DNA of 64,000 nt from positions 6,356,634 through 6,420,633 of the forward strand of contig JARFYF010000068.1 of assembly GCA_030265395.1 (NCBI GenBank), given 5' to 3'. The stretch comes from Rhina ancylostomus (lineage: Eukaryota). Position 1 is the stretch's first letter. Each line of letters begins with the position of its first letter. Below, in pieces: positions 50,957-63,950 of the stretch. The translations under genes and the position numbers were made by a program. The notes below the pieces were generated by a model. The model was not told the DNA's origin, made no database searches, and saw only the letters and a program-made list of their open reading frames with translations.

Positions 50957-51797
50957 CTGAAACATTTGTTGGGGTAACCATTCATTAACACATACAAGAG
51001 AGCATGATCTCGGCATATCAAGTCAGTAATATGTAACATCATAACTTTGGTTGCAAGATATATAACTAATTCGAAATCAAAGCTTGACACAAATTTGAGG
51101 ACAGGCAGAATTAGTTCAGTAAAACTGGCATACAACGACCAGTTACGTAAGTACATGCATTTTACCGGGCATTCCCTCTACTGCTGACAGACACGCAACT
51201 TGCTGCATTTTCAACGTTCAGCCCAGGCTAGTATGGCACTGTTCAGAGGGGTACTTGGTTCAATCTATATCAGTTACGGAGTCAATTTAATATGTTACAA
51301 TATGCAACTGATATCTATATAATATATACATATTAGGGATTGTAGTAAATCTTGTTTTCCATGCTCTGAAGCATTAATGTAGTCAGCGTTATTGACTCGA
51401 GATCCGTGATATGCTCGCAGGCTCTCTGTGCTCCCAGATCATAGCAAATGCATACGTTGCTGTGATCTTCCACCAAAATTCCAAATTGCCCAACAATTCC
51501 ACTCTGGATCAAGATGGTATTTATTTCATTTTCGCCGCCCTTGTTGTGTTTTGTGTTAATTGGAGGGAAGAAAAATGGATTCACGTGAAACTTTGAGTTG
51601 AATGAAATGTGACAGTTAACTGAGTTGGAGCATGTCCTTTCCATATGCATAACCCATTGCAACAAAATATTGCATCTGCCGGAATTTAGTGAGTGAAACT
51701 TCCATTCGGGTGTATTTTAGTGAGAATAAGGGCATGAAGAACATCATTTCCTTCTAAAACATCTTAAAGTCTGTAAAACTATACACCTTTGTTTTAC

Positions 51798-51821
51798 CTT
51801 CATCTGCCACGTCCGAATCTT
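51798..51821 (-). CDS. Micro-exon 24 nt: EDSDVADE
   Basis: ccatttatag|AAGATTCGGACGTGGCAGATGAAG|gtaaaa. Confidence 0.78.
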
Positions 51822-51924
51822 CTATAAATGGAAATTTAGGATAAACAAGGAAGTTACAGTTACGTAACTATTTATTTTTCCGATTCACAGATAATTACAT
51901 TTAGTTGCTTTTCTCGCGATTTTC

Positions 51925-52053
51925 CTAAATTTAGTTTAATTTTTTAAACTAAATTTTTAAACTATATTTTTAAAATTTTAACTTTAAACTAAACTTTTTA
52001 AACTCAATTTTTAAAACAAAATTTTTAAACTATTTTAAAAAAAATTAATAAAA
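51925..52053. repeat. AT-rich low-complexity repeat of TTTTTAAACT-like units
   Basis: Repeated tttttaaact/aaatttt motifs. Confidence 0.8.
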
Positions 52054-55000
52054 CCGTGACATTTCGTGTACTTCATATATCTGTCTTTTCTTTTGATAGC
52101 ATGATTACTGGATGTATTATTTTGCTCTTTTGTGCGACGCTCTAGGACAGAACCTTCCCTTCTCTAGCAAGTTCTGGGTTCAAGGCCGATTTCGGCATCC
52201 TGCTGCTTAAATTGCTGTCTTTTCATTGCGATGTTAAATGTATTTTCCCTGCCGATTCGATGTAAATGGCAACATATCTCTATCTGAGCAATATAAACAC
52301 CAATTTCTCGATGGCGTGCCCTAAAGTTTTCACAATACATACTAAAGTATTTTTTAAGATAACGAATGTGATGGAATTTACTTACAAATCAGCCTCATGA
52401 CATTGGTGAAAGTCATTAATAGCAGTATTGTCCCCCATAGCTGATTGCCTTCTCGTGTCCCCTCTGAACAACCATACAGTCGTCACAAAAATGAACTGCT
52501 TATCTGGATATGCGATCAGTTTCGACACAGATTATCGGTTTTGTTTCTTGGAAAGGATGAATGTGCTTCAAAGTAAACTGAACATTTTGTAGTGCAGGTC
52601 TGTGGTAGCGAATTATGCTGTGTAAATTTAAACAATTTTCGTATTTCAATCATTTATCTTGCTGTGCAAACTTTTAATTCCTGGAAACATTATTTGTATG
52701 CAGGTGGAGGGTATGATTAAAATCACCTACATAGCATCCCAAACGATTATGTTGTTACATGCACCACCTCTAACCAACCACTTCTTACACTTAGCTGATG
52801 TAAGACTGTGCGCAACTTTATTGATTTTCAGGATAACTTTGTGGATGATTTTCCTGATAAATTCTGCTGAGGAAACTGATTGCTTAAACATTGAATGACC
52901 CATTTGTGGGTCTTGAGAGCTTTGTGAAACTCTTCGTGCAGGGAAGGTGAGGGCACTGCAACAATTGGATGGTTGAATCTATACCATGGAATTACGCGGT
53001 AGAGCCTAATTACACAGATACTTATTGGTGGGAAAGGGAATGTTTAATATATTTTACTGACTGGTTATTTTTTGCTTTTTCAAGGTTTTCTCAAGAAGAT
53101 CCTGAATGATACTTTGAAACTGCACGGCATGTAGTACTTTGGACAGAGTGCTGGCGAGTGGAATTATCTTTAAAAATTATTTCTAGGCCAACATGGAAAA
53201 TGTCGCCTGCATGTGTCATCCAAGTCACACGCCATCATGATGTGTCCCTTATGTCCAGGTGGATCTAAATCATAGGACTCTCTCCTCAACAACAAGGTGG
53301 AATTTCCTGCACTAAAGAAAACGGTGGTGGTTCAGGAAGTCAGCTCGGCTACATTTTAACACGAACAATCAAGCATGGGCAACATATGTTCGCCTCAGTA
53401 TCTATTCCCAGATGTCGAAAAATGAATGAATTGTAACAAATCTGTCTGTCATACAAATATCACTATTTCGGAGAGCAGAACTGCAATCCATTACAGGCAG
53501 CTGAGCGATTAATCTGTGATTATCTCAGCTACTGCGAGAGCACTGCTCCCTATGCATATGTAAAATTATTTTCAGCATAACTTAAATAATAATCTTTATA
53601 GAAGCATGTCCTTAGAGCATAAGAGAGTGTTCCTGAAATAAATGCTGCGCGAGTTAATACTTACTACATTTGTCACGAAGTCTTCTAAGTTCTTAGGCGC
53701 ACAAAAAGAGGTAATTAAAAAGAGACAAACGAGCATTGAGAAAACTAGCGAGGAACATATAAACGGACAAAAAGTATTTGCTTTCACCATATAGATAGGT
53801 ATGGAGAATTTCCAGGGAACGTTGCCTTTCTATAGAGAATGGCACTGTGTCATTTATCATTTCCCTATTCCTTGTAACACTGCTGCTTGTGAGTTAAAAT
53901 TCTGCTCAGCATCCACTAATATTTTCCCTTGTCATGGGAGGACAGTTTAACCGTGCCGACAGTAAAATGAGTCAAGNNNNNNNNNNNNNNNNNNNNNNNN
54001 NNNNNNNNNNNNNNNNNNNNNNNNNNNNNNNNNNNNNNNNNNNNNNNNNNNNNNNNNNNNNNNNNNNNNNNNNNNNNNNNNNNNNNNNNNNNNNNNNNNN
54101 NNNNNNNNNNNNNNNNNNNNNNNNNNNNNNNNNNNNNNNNNNNNNNNNNNNNNNNNNNNNNNNNNNNNNNNNNNNNNNNNNNNNNNNNNNNNNNNNNNNN
54201 NNNNNNNNNNNNNNNNNNNNNNNNNNNNNNNNNNNNNNNNNNNNNNNNNNNNNNNNNNNNNNNNNNNNNNNNNNNNNNNNNNNNNNNNNNNNNNNNNNNN
54301 NNNNNNNNNNNNNNNNNNNNNNNNNNNNNNNNNNNNNNNNNNNNNNNNNNNNNNNNNNNNNNNNNNNNNNNNNNNNNNNNNNNNNNNNNNNNNNNNNNNN
54401 NNNNNNNNNNNNNNNNNNNNNNNNNNNNNNNNNNNNNNNNNNNNNNNNNNNNNNNNNNNNNNNNNNNNNNNNNNNNNNNNNNNNNNNNNNNNNNNNNNNN
54501 NNNNNNNNNNNNCTGCTCAGTTTGACCACGCAGATCGCTCCTCGTCTTCAACGTCAATGGACGAGTCAGGGAGCGGAGCCTAGTAATTGCTTCAGTCAGT
54601 TTGATGAAGCTCCCACTTCACTGAATTTAATTCTTTTTTCTGACGTTGTCAGAAAAGGCAGCAAAGAAACCATTCTAAGTTGGACGAAAGTATTGCTATT
54701 ACATATTTTCGAAACATTTAATCAAGGTTAAGCGAATCTATCTCACTAAGATCTGAAACGATAAACTTATGCCAATGCTCTTGATAACGTGTTCAGAAAA
54801 GTGGAAGACAGATGGTCGAACTGAATGTGGTTCCGTAATATTTACGATTTCCCAACTGAAGTTATTTCAATATACATGCAGTCGTCGTGCTTGTGATTTG
54901 CAAGATGGAAGTTCACAGCTCACCATATTGTGAACGAGTTGCCCTTGTGACTAACCAAATGAAAATATAAAAAAACGTTCAGATTATACGTAAATATTAG

Positions 55001-55361
55001 TATTTTTAGACCACTATAGAAAGTTCATTAAATCTTTAGAACATAAGCAGAGAAAATTAAGTTTGAGTCGTTGTATATCAGATGGCTACTAATCCAAGGG
55101 TAAAATATTGCAATGCTGGAAATAACGAATACGAACAGAAAGTCACGGAAATACTCATCAGGGAAGGAGCTTTAGGACACGCTGTATTAGTATGTTCTCT
55201 GGTACTGATGAAAATTACAATCAAAATATATAGAAGCATTAATGCATCTGTATACATTAATTATGTTTATTCGGTTGGGTTTAATTTAACGCATTGATAG
55301 AGGAAATATATGGTTTTCTTTCGCAGAAAAATCGTACACCATTTCATATTCCCTTTCTGAC

Positions 55362-55397
55362 CTGCATCATTTAGCAGTTTTTCTAATCGTTTTATTT
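55362..55397 (-). CDS. Micro-exon 36 nt: EIKRLEKLLNDA
   Basis: tttcgttccag|AAATAAAACGATTAGAAAAACTGCTAAATGATGCAG|gtcaga. Confidence 0.85.
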
Positions 55398-55840
55398 CTG
55401 GAACGAAACATGGTAATTCATTGTATATTGTAACATGGTGAAATTTAATTTCTATAAACCGTGCACGTTCGCCATTCTCTTGCTATTTCCTGATGGAATT
55501 TTCTTCTGATCCCATCACTTAGTCGACTTATTAGTGAGTTATGTAGCCTCAAACTTGAAATTTCCTGTTTCTATACAATTGCTTCCAATGTGACGCTGCT
55601 AGTTTGTCGTGTGTGTTTTCTGTACTTTCGCCTGTAATACAAACGCTTTCACTTCGATATAAGTGTTGATGGTAAATCATACAATTTAACAAGGGAAATC
55701 ATTGAATTTCATTTAGCTATCTTTGCTATTTCTGTCGATGTGACGAAAATATGTTTCAGTACAGAATGGTGCGCGGACCCTTTGAGTGCTTCATGCGCTT
55801 CATTCACAAGTCCTGCAATTCATGACATTTTTATGGTTAC

Positions 55841-55867
55841 CTGCATCCTTCTCTTTCAGTTGTTCAT
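55841..55867 (-). CDS. Micro-exon 27 nt: DEQLKEKDA
   Basis: gacttgcag|ATGAACAACTGAAAGAGAAGGATGCAG|gtaacc. Confidence 0.85.
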
Positions 55868-58110
55868 CTGCAAGTCATAATATTTCAATTAGCGCTTCAT
55901 TCGCTTATATATAGTACTTCCTGGAAGTATATTATTTTATACCATATCCTTCGTTTTGATTATTAATTATTTGGAAAGAAACACCTCACTGCATGTTTCA
56001 GTAAGTTGACAGATCATGGAACAATGATACAATGATGTATCGTAAAATGGGAAGGTAAGGCTTATCGGCCTCAAGTTTATAATGGAAACAAAGAAAGATT
56101 AGCAAGCTTGCAAAGACCACAGAACTCTGCGCAGTAAGTTCAGCTTTTTAAAACTAGCAGACAGCGTATTCTTCTCCTGTTAGATGGAATTGTGCAAAAT
56201 AAATGATTCACGTTTCAACATATCTACCAAGACTTAAAGCCACCATTGAAATACGTAAAACACATTTTAACCTTAAAACATACATTTTTGTTCTGGACAG
56301 CAACAGCAAACTAGAACAATTACTTTCACAGCGACAACGATCTGAAATCAAAATTGCACATCTATCAATGCAATATTTCATAAATTATGCCAACTCCAGG
56401 ATGATACATTTTTATCTGGCGTTGTATTCCTGCCTCATACACTCAGTGGAGCAATGGGAAAGCTAAATCAACAAGATGAGAATGAAGAGAGTGTTTCAAA
56501 TATTGTCCATTAGTATCTTTGACGCATGCCTCTGTTAATCTGTTCGCACGATTGCAACATCATATAAAGAGAGAGGAATCGTCTTAGCTAGTGAATCAAA
56601 CAAATGATATCATATTTACGAAAGGAGAAAATTTAATCGCGTCCGGAAGGAATGCTCATCTTCACACCTTTCTATTGAAATTTAAACTCTCAGTCCGAGC
56701 ACCACAACTGTTACACGAAAGATTACAGCGAGTAAGGATTATGTCTTGCATTATGTGCCCCGAAATTGTTAATAGAGCATTATCTTCCTTAGTTTACTAA
56801 TTTTGGCAAAGGTCATGTCAAGGAAGATAACAGAGAAAGTGATCTGATGATATTGATTCAAATCAATATGAATTGATTTATAATTTCATGGTACTTTCAA
56901 AGGGCAATTCTGTCCTGTGGAAATGAGGGCTTGATATTTTATTCGTACATTTCCTGGTATGGTTGATTAACATGCTTTCAGTAACTTCTGTGCAAGTTTT
57001 TTCTTTGCTAATCTCAGAAATGAATTACAGCAATAGAGTATAACGATAACAAGACCATTAATTTCAACGTTATCGAGCGGAGCAAAGACCGCGATCTATT
57101 AATGATATGAATGCTAGGTCCCTGCAATTACTCAAAACTGCCATTAATTTCTGAAATCTCGAACAAAAGAGGCTAGCGTTGTCAATTGGAAGTAGCTGTC
57201 AAATAGGTGAAGAATTGCGAAATATTCTGTTCTCCCAATCATCAGCCTTTCGCCATTGCATCCAAGATATTAACGCCACTTTCACTTAATGACATTGAAG
57301 CGAGTAATGAGAAATACTGTGTATGGTTATTGCGCATAACTTTTGAACGTGTGAAATAGAACTTAAGTTGAAATTCCTGCGCAAATAGATATAAAGATAC
57401 ATTTACAATACTGGGAAATTATTTGTTTGGAAACCGTCACGCAGCCTATTAAGTTTGTTGATATAGTTCTCATTCAGGATACAGATACTCCCCAGGTTAC
57501 AGCAAGGTTCCATTCCTGTGAACTGTTCGTGAGTCGAACAGTTTGCAAGTCGGAAATGCAACCGCAAACTGAGTCCCGCGAGGCAGAAGATGCCTGCAGC
57601 CTTGCAGCATTCGGAAAATCCATCCCGCTGGTCTTCTAACAGCCCGTTCGTATCATGCACTGTACATGAATCGGGCGTCCGTAAACTGAGGAGGACCTGT
57701 ATTTCTTCATGCACAGATTTACGAAAGACTCCCAGGAGGGTCTTGATTTCCACAATACTCCTAATCTTCAACAAACCTTCAACAAAACTTCTCATGTCAG
57801 TTCTGACTCCTGCATTATTCTGACTTACTATATATGTTTGGTTTACGAAACAGAGAGTTTAACGCAACGTCTAGAAAACTGTTGGAGGTAAATTGAAATG
57901 GAAAAAGATTGAGTGTGATATTGTTAAGACGTTTGTGATTATTCTAGAAGTGCAAATTACACGGCCACTTTTAACGAGTGGAAACATTTGCCAGGAGAAT
58001 GGTGACTAATATTTAGCTGAAGGGCTATAAGGGTGCATAGTTTTGAAAAACAATTCAATGTCTTCCCATCGATATTATAAAATTTAGAAAGCTGACAACA
58101 TTCTTCTTAC

Positions 58111-58134
58111 CTTCCGATGCTGGTCCAGATTCTT
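58111..58134 (-). CDS. Micro-exon 24 nt: EESGPASE
   Basis: gacttgcag|AAGAATCTGGACCAGCATCGGAAG|gtaaga. Confidence 0.8.
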
Positions 58135-61100
58135 CTGCAAGTCATGATTGAAGATCGATAAAATTAGATAGATCGTGTATTTTACTTTCAGCACCGAAAA
58201 CATAATTGGTATCACTAGAGGATAGTGAGAAGTAAGTGTATTTCATTCCAGAGGAAAAAGAAAACTAGACACCTCCACTTAGCTCTCCAAGGGAGACCAA
58301 TTGCCATATTAACTGAATGATTAAGGAAAAGAGCCATTTTATAGAGTGGAGTTTTCTTCAGTTTACTTTTTGTTCAACTGCAAACTTCTAAACGTCAGTT
58401 GCATCCAGAAAAGCAATAGTGCGCAGTCTCTGCCCTGCCTAATGCAGACAGAACCGATGAATGCGACCTTGAACTTTTGGCGCTCTTAATATAGCACAGC
58501 TGAAGCAGTATCTTAGTCTGTTGCAGTGAAGAGTTGCCTAATTCCAAAAGGCGACCACGTATGTATTTGGAAATTGGAACGAGATATCAAGAGGAGTTGG
58601 TAATATTTTACTTGCAGTTATGTCGCTAGCGAACAAATTACTCTCCCTCTTCCCCCCACTGGCGGTTTGATGAGAGCTCGTGGAATTCGAGTTTGTTCTT
58701 CTGCCTGTAATATGTACCCTAATACTGGATTTCATTAAGGAGCTGTTAAGTGCATTTTGTCAAATATATTTTTTTTGTCTACTCTCATTTTGTCTTTGTA
58801 ATTTATAAAGTTAGAAAGTGGAAACATTGATTTACTGATTGGACATACATATTGCATTGATGTTTTTCTCTTAACTTTGGACTTCCAGTTTTCTGGTGCA
58901 GAGCATAATTAACTGATGTCACATTCTGTAGCTGTTTACTTGTAACAAGCGCAGTAGATCGGAGGATATTCCAATTTTATTTGCCTTGTTGAAAAAAAGT
59001 GATAGCAACTTGTATTTTAAAATTACCATTGAAGACAATGGAACATAAATCAAATCGTGCAGCATATATTTGGCTTGTGAAAGATCCAGAATCTACTTTA
59101 TGAATCAAGGACACGTAAAATTAATGGTCCACTGATTGACATTTATTCATAGAACAGAAACGTTCGATGACGACCCATTAGAGCCTCTGGACTCAAGTAT
59201 TTGCAGTAGCTTCCAAATGCATTAAGATAGATAAGATTCCATGAAGTCTGATGTTACTCTCTACATTCTGGGCGTCAGTTATCTTCTGGCAAATGTATAG
59301 GAAGAAAACATCAGGAAAATCCCCATGAAATTCCGATTTTCATTCTTTCTAAATATATGCACTACATTAAGGGAAGTCTTCGTGCTTTGCCATGTTCATT
59401 TTGGGTTTAAGCCAAACAACATTGCTGGTAAATAAATTAACACATAAAAACTGCCATTTCTCCTTGAAGATGACCGTAAAATGCTCCTCTTATTGTAACA
59501 GTGAAGCTTCAGCAGCGAAAATTTTAGTCACTCTGATAACCAAAAACAATTTCAAAGTTGAGGCGATGAAGGCATATTGCAACGCCAAATGGAGCCTGCT
59601 TTACATTATCAGACAACGTTTAGATGATTATTTTGAACAAGACCTAGTTCTATTTCAAAATTGTTAAGTGGAATTTTAAATGGACATGTTATCTGAACAA
59701 ACCAGTCACTGAATTAACCATGATTAATCTTGCTGTCATATTCAAACAGGAAGGCAAACACATGGAGGAAAACTCAGGAAACGTGCATGCCGGTTGCAAA
59801 AAAGCTCACGTTCTTCGATTATATACATTAATTTACATTTTTCATTCATATCAGTTTCGAAGTTTCATTACAATCTTGAACAGAAATGCAAGTAACATGT
59901 TGAATTGCTTACTACGTTTTTCACGAAGTCTTCTGAGTTCTAATGGAGTGCAACATTGTTCAAAATTTCAATAAACAGCTAAAAAGAATCCTAATTAATG
60001 AGAGAAGCAAAGGCACTCACGCATTGTATTGCATCGCATGTGTCATGCTTATGACACAAAACGAAATACGCGCAATGATAATCGCAGGATTCAGAACATC
60101 AGTAACATCTAAAACAACCTTTAAAAGTATGAAAGCAAGTAGATCAATCAATACCTGCGGCTGTTGTAATGCAAATGTGAAATTTTAAACATTTAAGTCA
60201 GGGGCAAAACTATTTTTCTCCACTGGTTCATTTCCACTATTTACCGGCACATCTGACTGAAATGCTGGTCTTCATCTCAACGTCTGAATTGTGTTGATTG
60301 TAGGAAATGAACTGCAAGTAAAACGCTGTTCAATTTGTCATAGACTTACTTCCAAGGTAATAGTACTTTGTAGGTATCATATATTACCTCTAAGTATCTA
60401 ATATTGTCCCTATATATTGCCTCTAAAGTTCTAGAGAAGTTCATACAGCTAGCAAAATGATGTAGTTCCTTAGTACATTCATGGCATCCATCTAAACAAG
60501 AGTCGAATATGCCGACATGAAATTGTACCAGCGAGCTGTCCTTTGCTGAATGAGTTTATTGTTCCAGTTTTAAAGGGAGAATTCCAAATATTGTCTTCAC
60601 ACAAAGTTAATGTCTATCTTCAAAAGAAAGTTCCAACAATGAATTGCCATTCACTATTGTTTAAAACAATGGAATTCAAAGGGCTGTAAATGCTCCCGAG
60701 TAAGTAAAACTTTTCTGCGCGTCTCATAATCGATACACAAAAGCAGACAGCATCTCATTCCAGGAATTCGAACCCCGAGTCAGTTTCAAAAGATGCAAAT
60801 ACCATGTTATAGTACACCTACACGTTATGTCAGTTAAAATGTCCTCTCTACATCGATCGCTTCTTACACCGAAAATCTGGAACGTGATATACCCTGTGTG
60901 CTATCCAGTTCATGTAATTTTAGGTTGTTGGGATATATTAAAATTCTTCCCATGCATGCTATCGTTATATGCTTTGCTGCTTAAAAGACAACCAATTGCA
61001 TATTCTGTTCATATACATCCCTGCAGATGACGTGGCAAATATACTTCGAAGGCATCATACTCCACAATCTAATGCAGTCCAGTTATCCCATGGCCTCCGA

Positions 61101-61322
61101 TAGGCAGTGTGGGGATGTTTGTCAGATTGTTGGTGATCTTTACTGCAGAAAAGTTGCAGAGGAATTTGAGCTGTAAGTAACATCCTTTGGGCGGAGAACG
61201 CATATACTCTCCATTCTCCATACAAATTTGCGACTTAATGTCAGCGAATCATACGGACATGGAACCCCTTGAATTATTCCCTGAGTTATATTATTTTGAT
61301 TTTTACAGAAATGTTCAGATAC

Positions 61323-61349
61323 CTGCATCCTTTTCTTTCAGTTGTTCTT
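61323..61349 (-). CDS. Micro-exon 27 nt: EEQLKEKDA
   Basis: tcatgcag|AAGAACAACTGAAAGAAAAGGATGCAG|gtatct. Confidence 0.85.
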
Positions 61350-62724
61350 CTGCATGATTGAAAATGCATGCGAATGTTAAGTTGCCGGTAAGGCGAATCA
61401 TTTGATATTTGCTTAGCTTGTTGGTCTCGTTGCATTTTATCAGAAGAAAAGGTGCAATCTGGACTTTCTTTTTTAAAGAGGTCTTTCAATACCAACAGAA
61501 ATGTAAAGGCAATCGTGTTACTCTTTTTTTCGACATGGCTCTTGAAGTAGCCCAGCTACCCGTAAATTCACCTGGCTCATTTGGTCTCCAGCTTCATAAT
61601 ATCATCTAATGCTGGTTAGAAGTTTTCAGATTAAGTGTTCATAAATTTATGCACAGGGACCCTCACTTCTATTGGAGTGAAAGACACAATATTTGCATAA
61701 TATGTCCTCCGTTACTTCATAAAACAGCGTATATGATTCGTATTAAGTTGAGAATGTATTAATTATGTGCAACATGCAAACAGCTTTACATATAATGTTC
61801 GACATCTTTCCTTAAATTCACTTTCCTTAATATTTAAGCACTGGTTAAGTTACAAAATTTACAGTTCCCTTTTGCAGGTATGATACCGGATAATCTATAT
61901 TAAGATACACATAGTTCGACTAACACAACAAATTAAAGCTCTGTTGAATGTTTATGAAAAATATTATGGCATATCTCATGCAGGATCAAGCCTAAGATTA
62001 TCATTGTAGGCCGGTTATCTGTGCATAGTTACAAGCAGCGGAGGATTTAACGTTATTGTCTGATTCAGAGTTCTACTTCCTTATCATGAGATTTTAGGCT
62101 GTTGCGATATGAACAAATATATCCCGACTAAGGGAGACCAGCGCCTGGCAGAAATCCTCGTTATCATTCAGTCGTTGGCCAGTCTTTCACGGTAATACTA
62201 TGGACATGTCTGGGTCCTGTCTGCCGAGGACACAGTATCAATTAATGCTTTCCGCGTTTCTCTTTTCCTTTTCTCTTATTGTTATGTTTCATAACTGTTA
62301 TGCAGTAGCAGCAAAGCCAGGATATTGATGGATGCCATACTATAACGACTTGTGCTTTCTCTGACCATTTATTGGTGTAGATGTGCTAGGTTAAAAGCTT
62401 AAATATGCGCAGAAAAAGATAATATACGTTATTGGCCAAGACATCTTTCATACATTTCTTTCGCTGGCATTGATAAAAGATGAGATTTTTACCACATGGA
62501 AAACAAAATGCAAGTAAAGAACTTACTGCTGTGTACTAAAAATTATACCAACTCAAGTCCTTTCATGTACCTATCAGACTGGAGGAAATTTAGTCGGGAT
62601 GTTTAAGGAATAACTGTTTTACAACTAGCAATGTCAACTATCCGCACATCAGTTGAAGGTAAAAACTTCACTAGTTTTTAGGGAAGTGTTCAAAATATTA
62701 GGTAATACCTTTGGGGTTGAGAGT

Positions 62725-62892
62725 CATAGGTTAATGGAGTAATGCATCATGGAAACAGGGCCTTCGGCTAACTCGGCCATGCTGACCATGGTGCCCACCA
62801 AGCTAGTTCCATTTGTCCCGTTTGGCTCATACCCATCTGAAACCCTCCATTCCATGTACTTATCCAAGTGTCTTTTAAATGTTGTTATTGTT
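62725..62892 (-). mobile_element. CR1 LINE extreme 3' end
   Basis: TFKRHLDKYMEWRVSDGY and GGAAACAGGGCCTTCGGC tail. Confidence 0.85.
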
Positions 62893-63195
62893 ATTTTATT
62901 AACTAAGTTAAACACTTTCTAATAGTAGGCAATGGTGCCTTGTGTTTTTGGTATCACGATAATTTATGGACGTGAGTTTTTATCCAGCTTCTGCCAGTAG
63001 AAGACGATTTTCCAAAACTTGGCATGAACTTCAGAGAGGGCAGAGTGGAGGCTGAAAGCGGCTGTTGAAAGCAAGTTGCCAAGTCAGTTGTTTGTTCGAA
63101 ATGTAATTTTCTCAATAAATATTTAAGTAGGTCCATCAATTTTTGCAATGTGAAAATAGTCAGCGCTGGACAAATCGAAGAAATGCTTTGCTCAC

Positions 63196-63222
63196 CATAT
63201 TGGTCCCTAGCTACTCTCGCAT
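63196..63222 (-). CDS. Micro-exon 27 nt: xARVARDQY (most 5' exon visible)
   Basis: ttttttttcaaattctag|ATGCGAGAGTAGCTAGGGACCAATATG|gtgagc. Confidence 0.8.
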
Positions 63223-63589
63223 CTAGAATTTGAAAAAAAAAGTATGCCGTCACCGCCTCGCCAATGGAAAGTCGGCAGAATAGGATGTAAATCAAAGCTA
63301 GCCATAGTGCCAAAATGCGTCCGGCAGTTTTACTTTGACAATCACGTCGAGGTTCATTAAATGTAACTTCGCAAGCTTGACTCAACTTGATCGGGCGCAT
63401 GGAATAGGGTGGAAACAGTAAGGGAAACAGGCCTGATTGGCTGCACTTCAGTTGCAATTAGGGTTGATGTGACCGAAGCACTGATATTAAAGTTGAAACT
63501 ACTAGATAGGTAAACAACGTAAATTATCCTTTTAAACCTGATGAAAAATGATTGAATGCAAGGACACAACATCATACGAAAATGAAACA

Positions 63590-63950
63590 GGAAAAGGGCA
63601 TTCAGATCCAGAGCTTTTCTGGCATTGAAGATAATGCTTCATCACCTTTACTTTCCTTCACTCGTGCACATTCCTTCCTTCTCTCAACAGCTAAAAATCC
63701 AACTCAACTTTCAATATAATGGGCGACCCAGCCCCCACGCAGGGCCTGGGTAGAGAACTCCAAATCATTATTGACTGGGTGAAGAAATCTCTCCTCTTCT
63801 GTCCCGAATGCTACTTCGAGAGTACTCCCTAGTTCCAGACACGCCAGGGAAGACGTCGACTCTGCAGCTACCTGGTAAACCACTTAAGAGTTATGTATGT
63901 TTCAGTAAGATCATTTCTCAGTTCTTCTGAACTCCATACAATAGGAATGC
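63590..63950 (-). mobile_element. Degraded CR1-type LINE 3' fragment
   Basis: GGGTAGAGAACTCCAAA...GGGTGAAGAAATCTCTCCTC and TATGTTTCAGTAAGATCA...TTCTTCTGAACTCCA, typical of CR1 3' regions. Confidence 0.6.

Larger units (their letters stand above)
15385..63222 (-). other. Partial gene (3' portion) built from at least 24 symmetric phase-1 micro-exons encoding an E/K-rich coiled-coil-like repeat chain; BG/butyrophilin/TSBP1-like tail suspected
   Basis: Exons listed individually below; all have AG/GT ends, lengths 21/24/27/33/36 nt, a shared phase and an open spliced frame, and several are clear paralogues of each other. Confidence 0.8.

Noticed and set aside
2675-54731. Long ORFs containing runs of X
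   Set aside because: Artefacts of N-gaps lacking stop codons.
57403-57795. 130-aa minus-strand ORF (also the ORFs at 35658-35924 and 62954-63457)
   Set aside because: No recognisable domain or matching splice boundaries; the 62954 ORF only overlaps the 27-nt exon at 63196-63222.
40994-62535. Additional short AG...GT candidates (40994-41004, about 42472, 48927, 49875, 60245, 62527)
   Set aside because: Length not a multiple of 3, weak pyrimidine tract, or no similarity to the exon classes.
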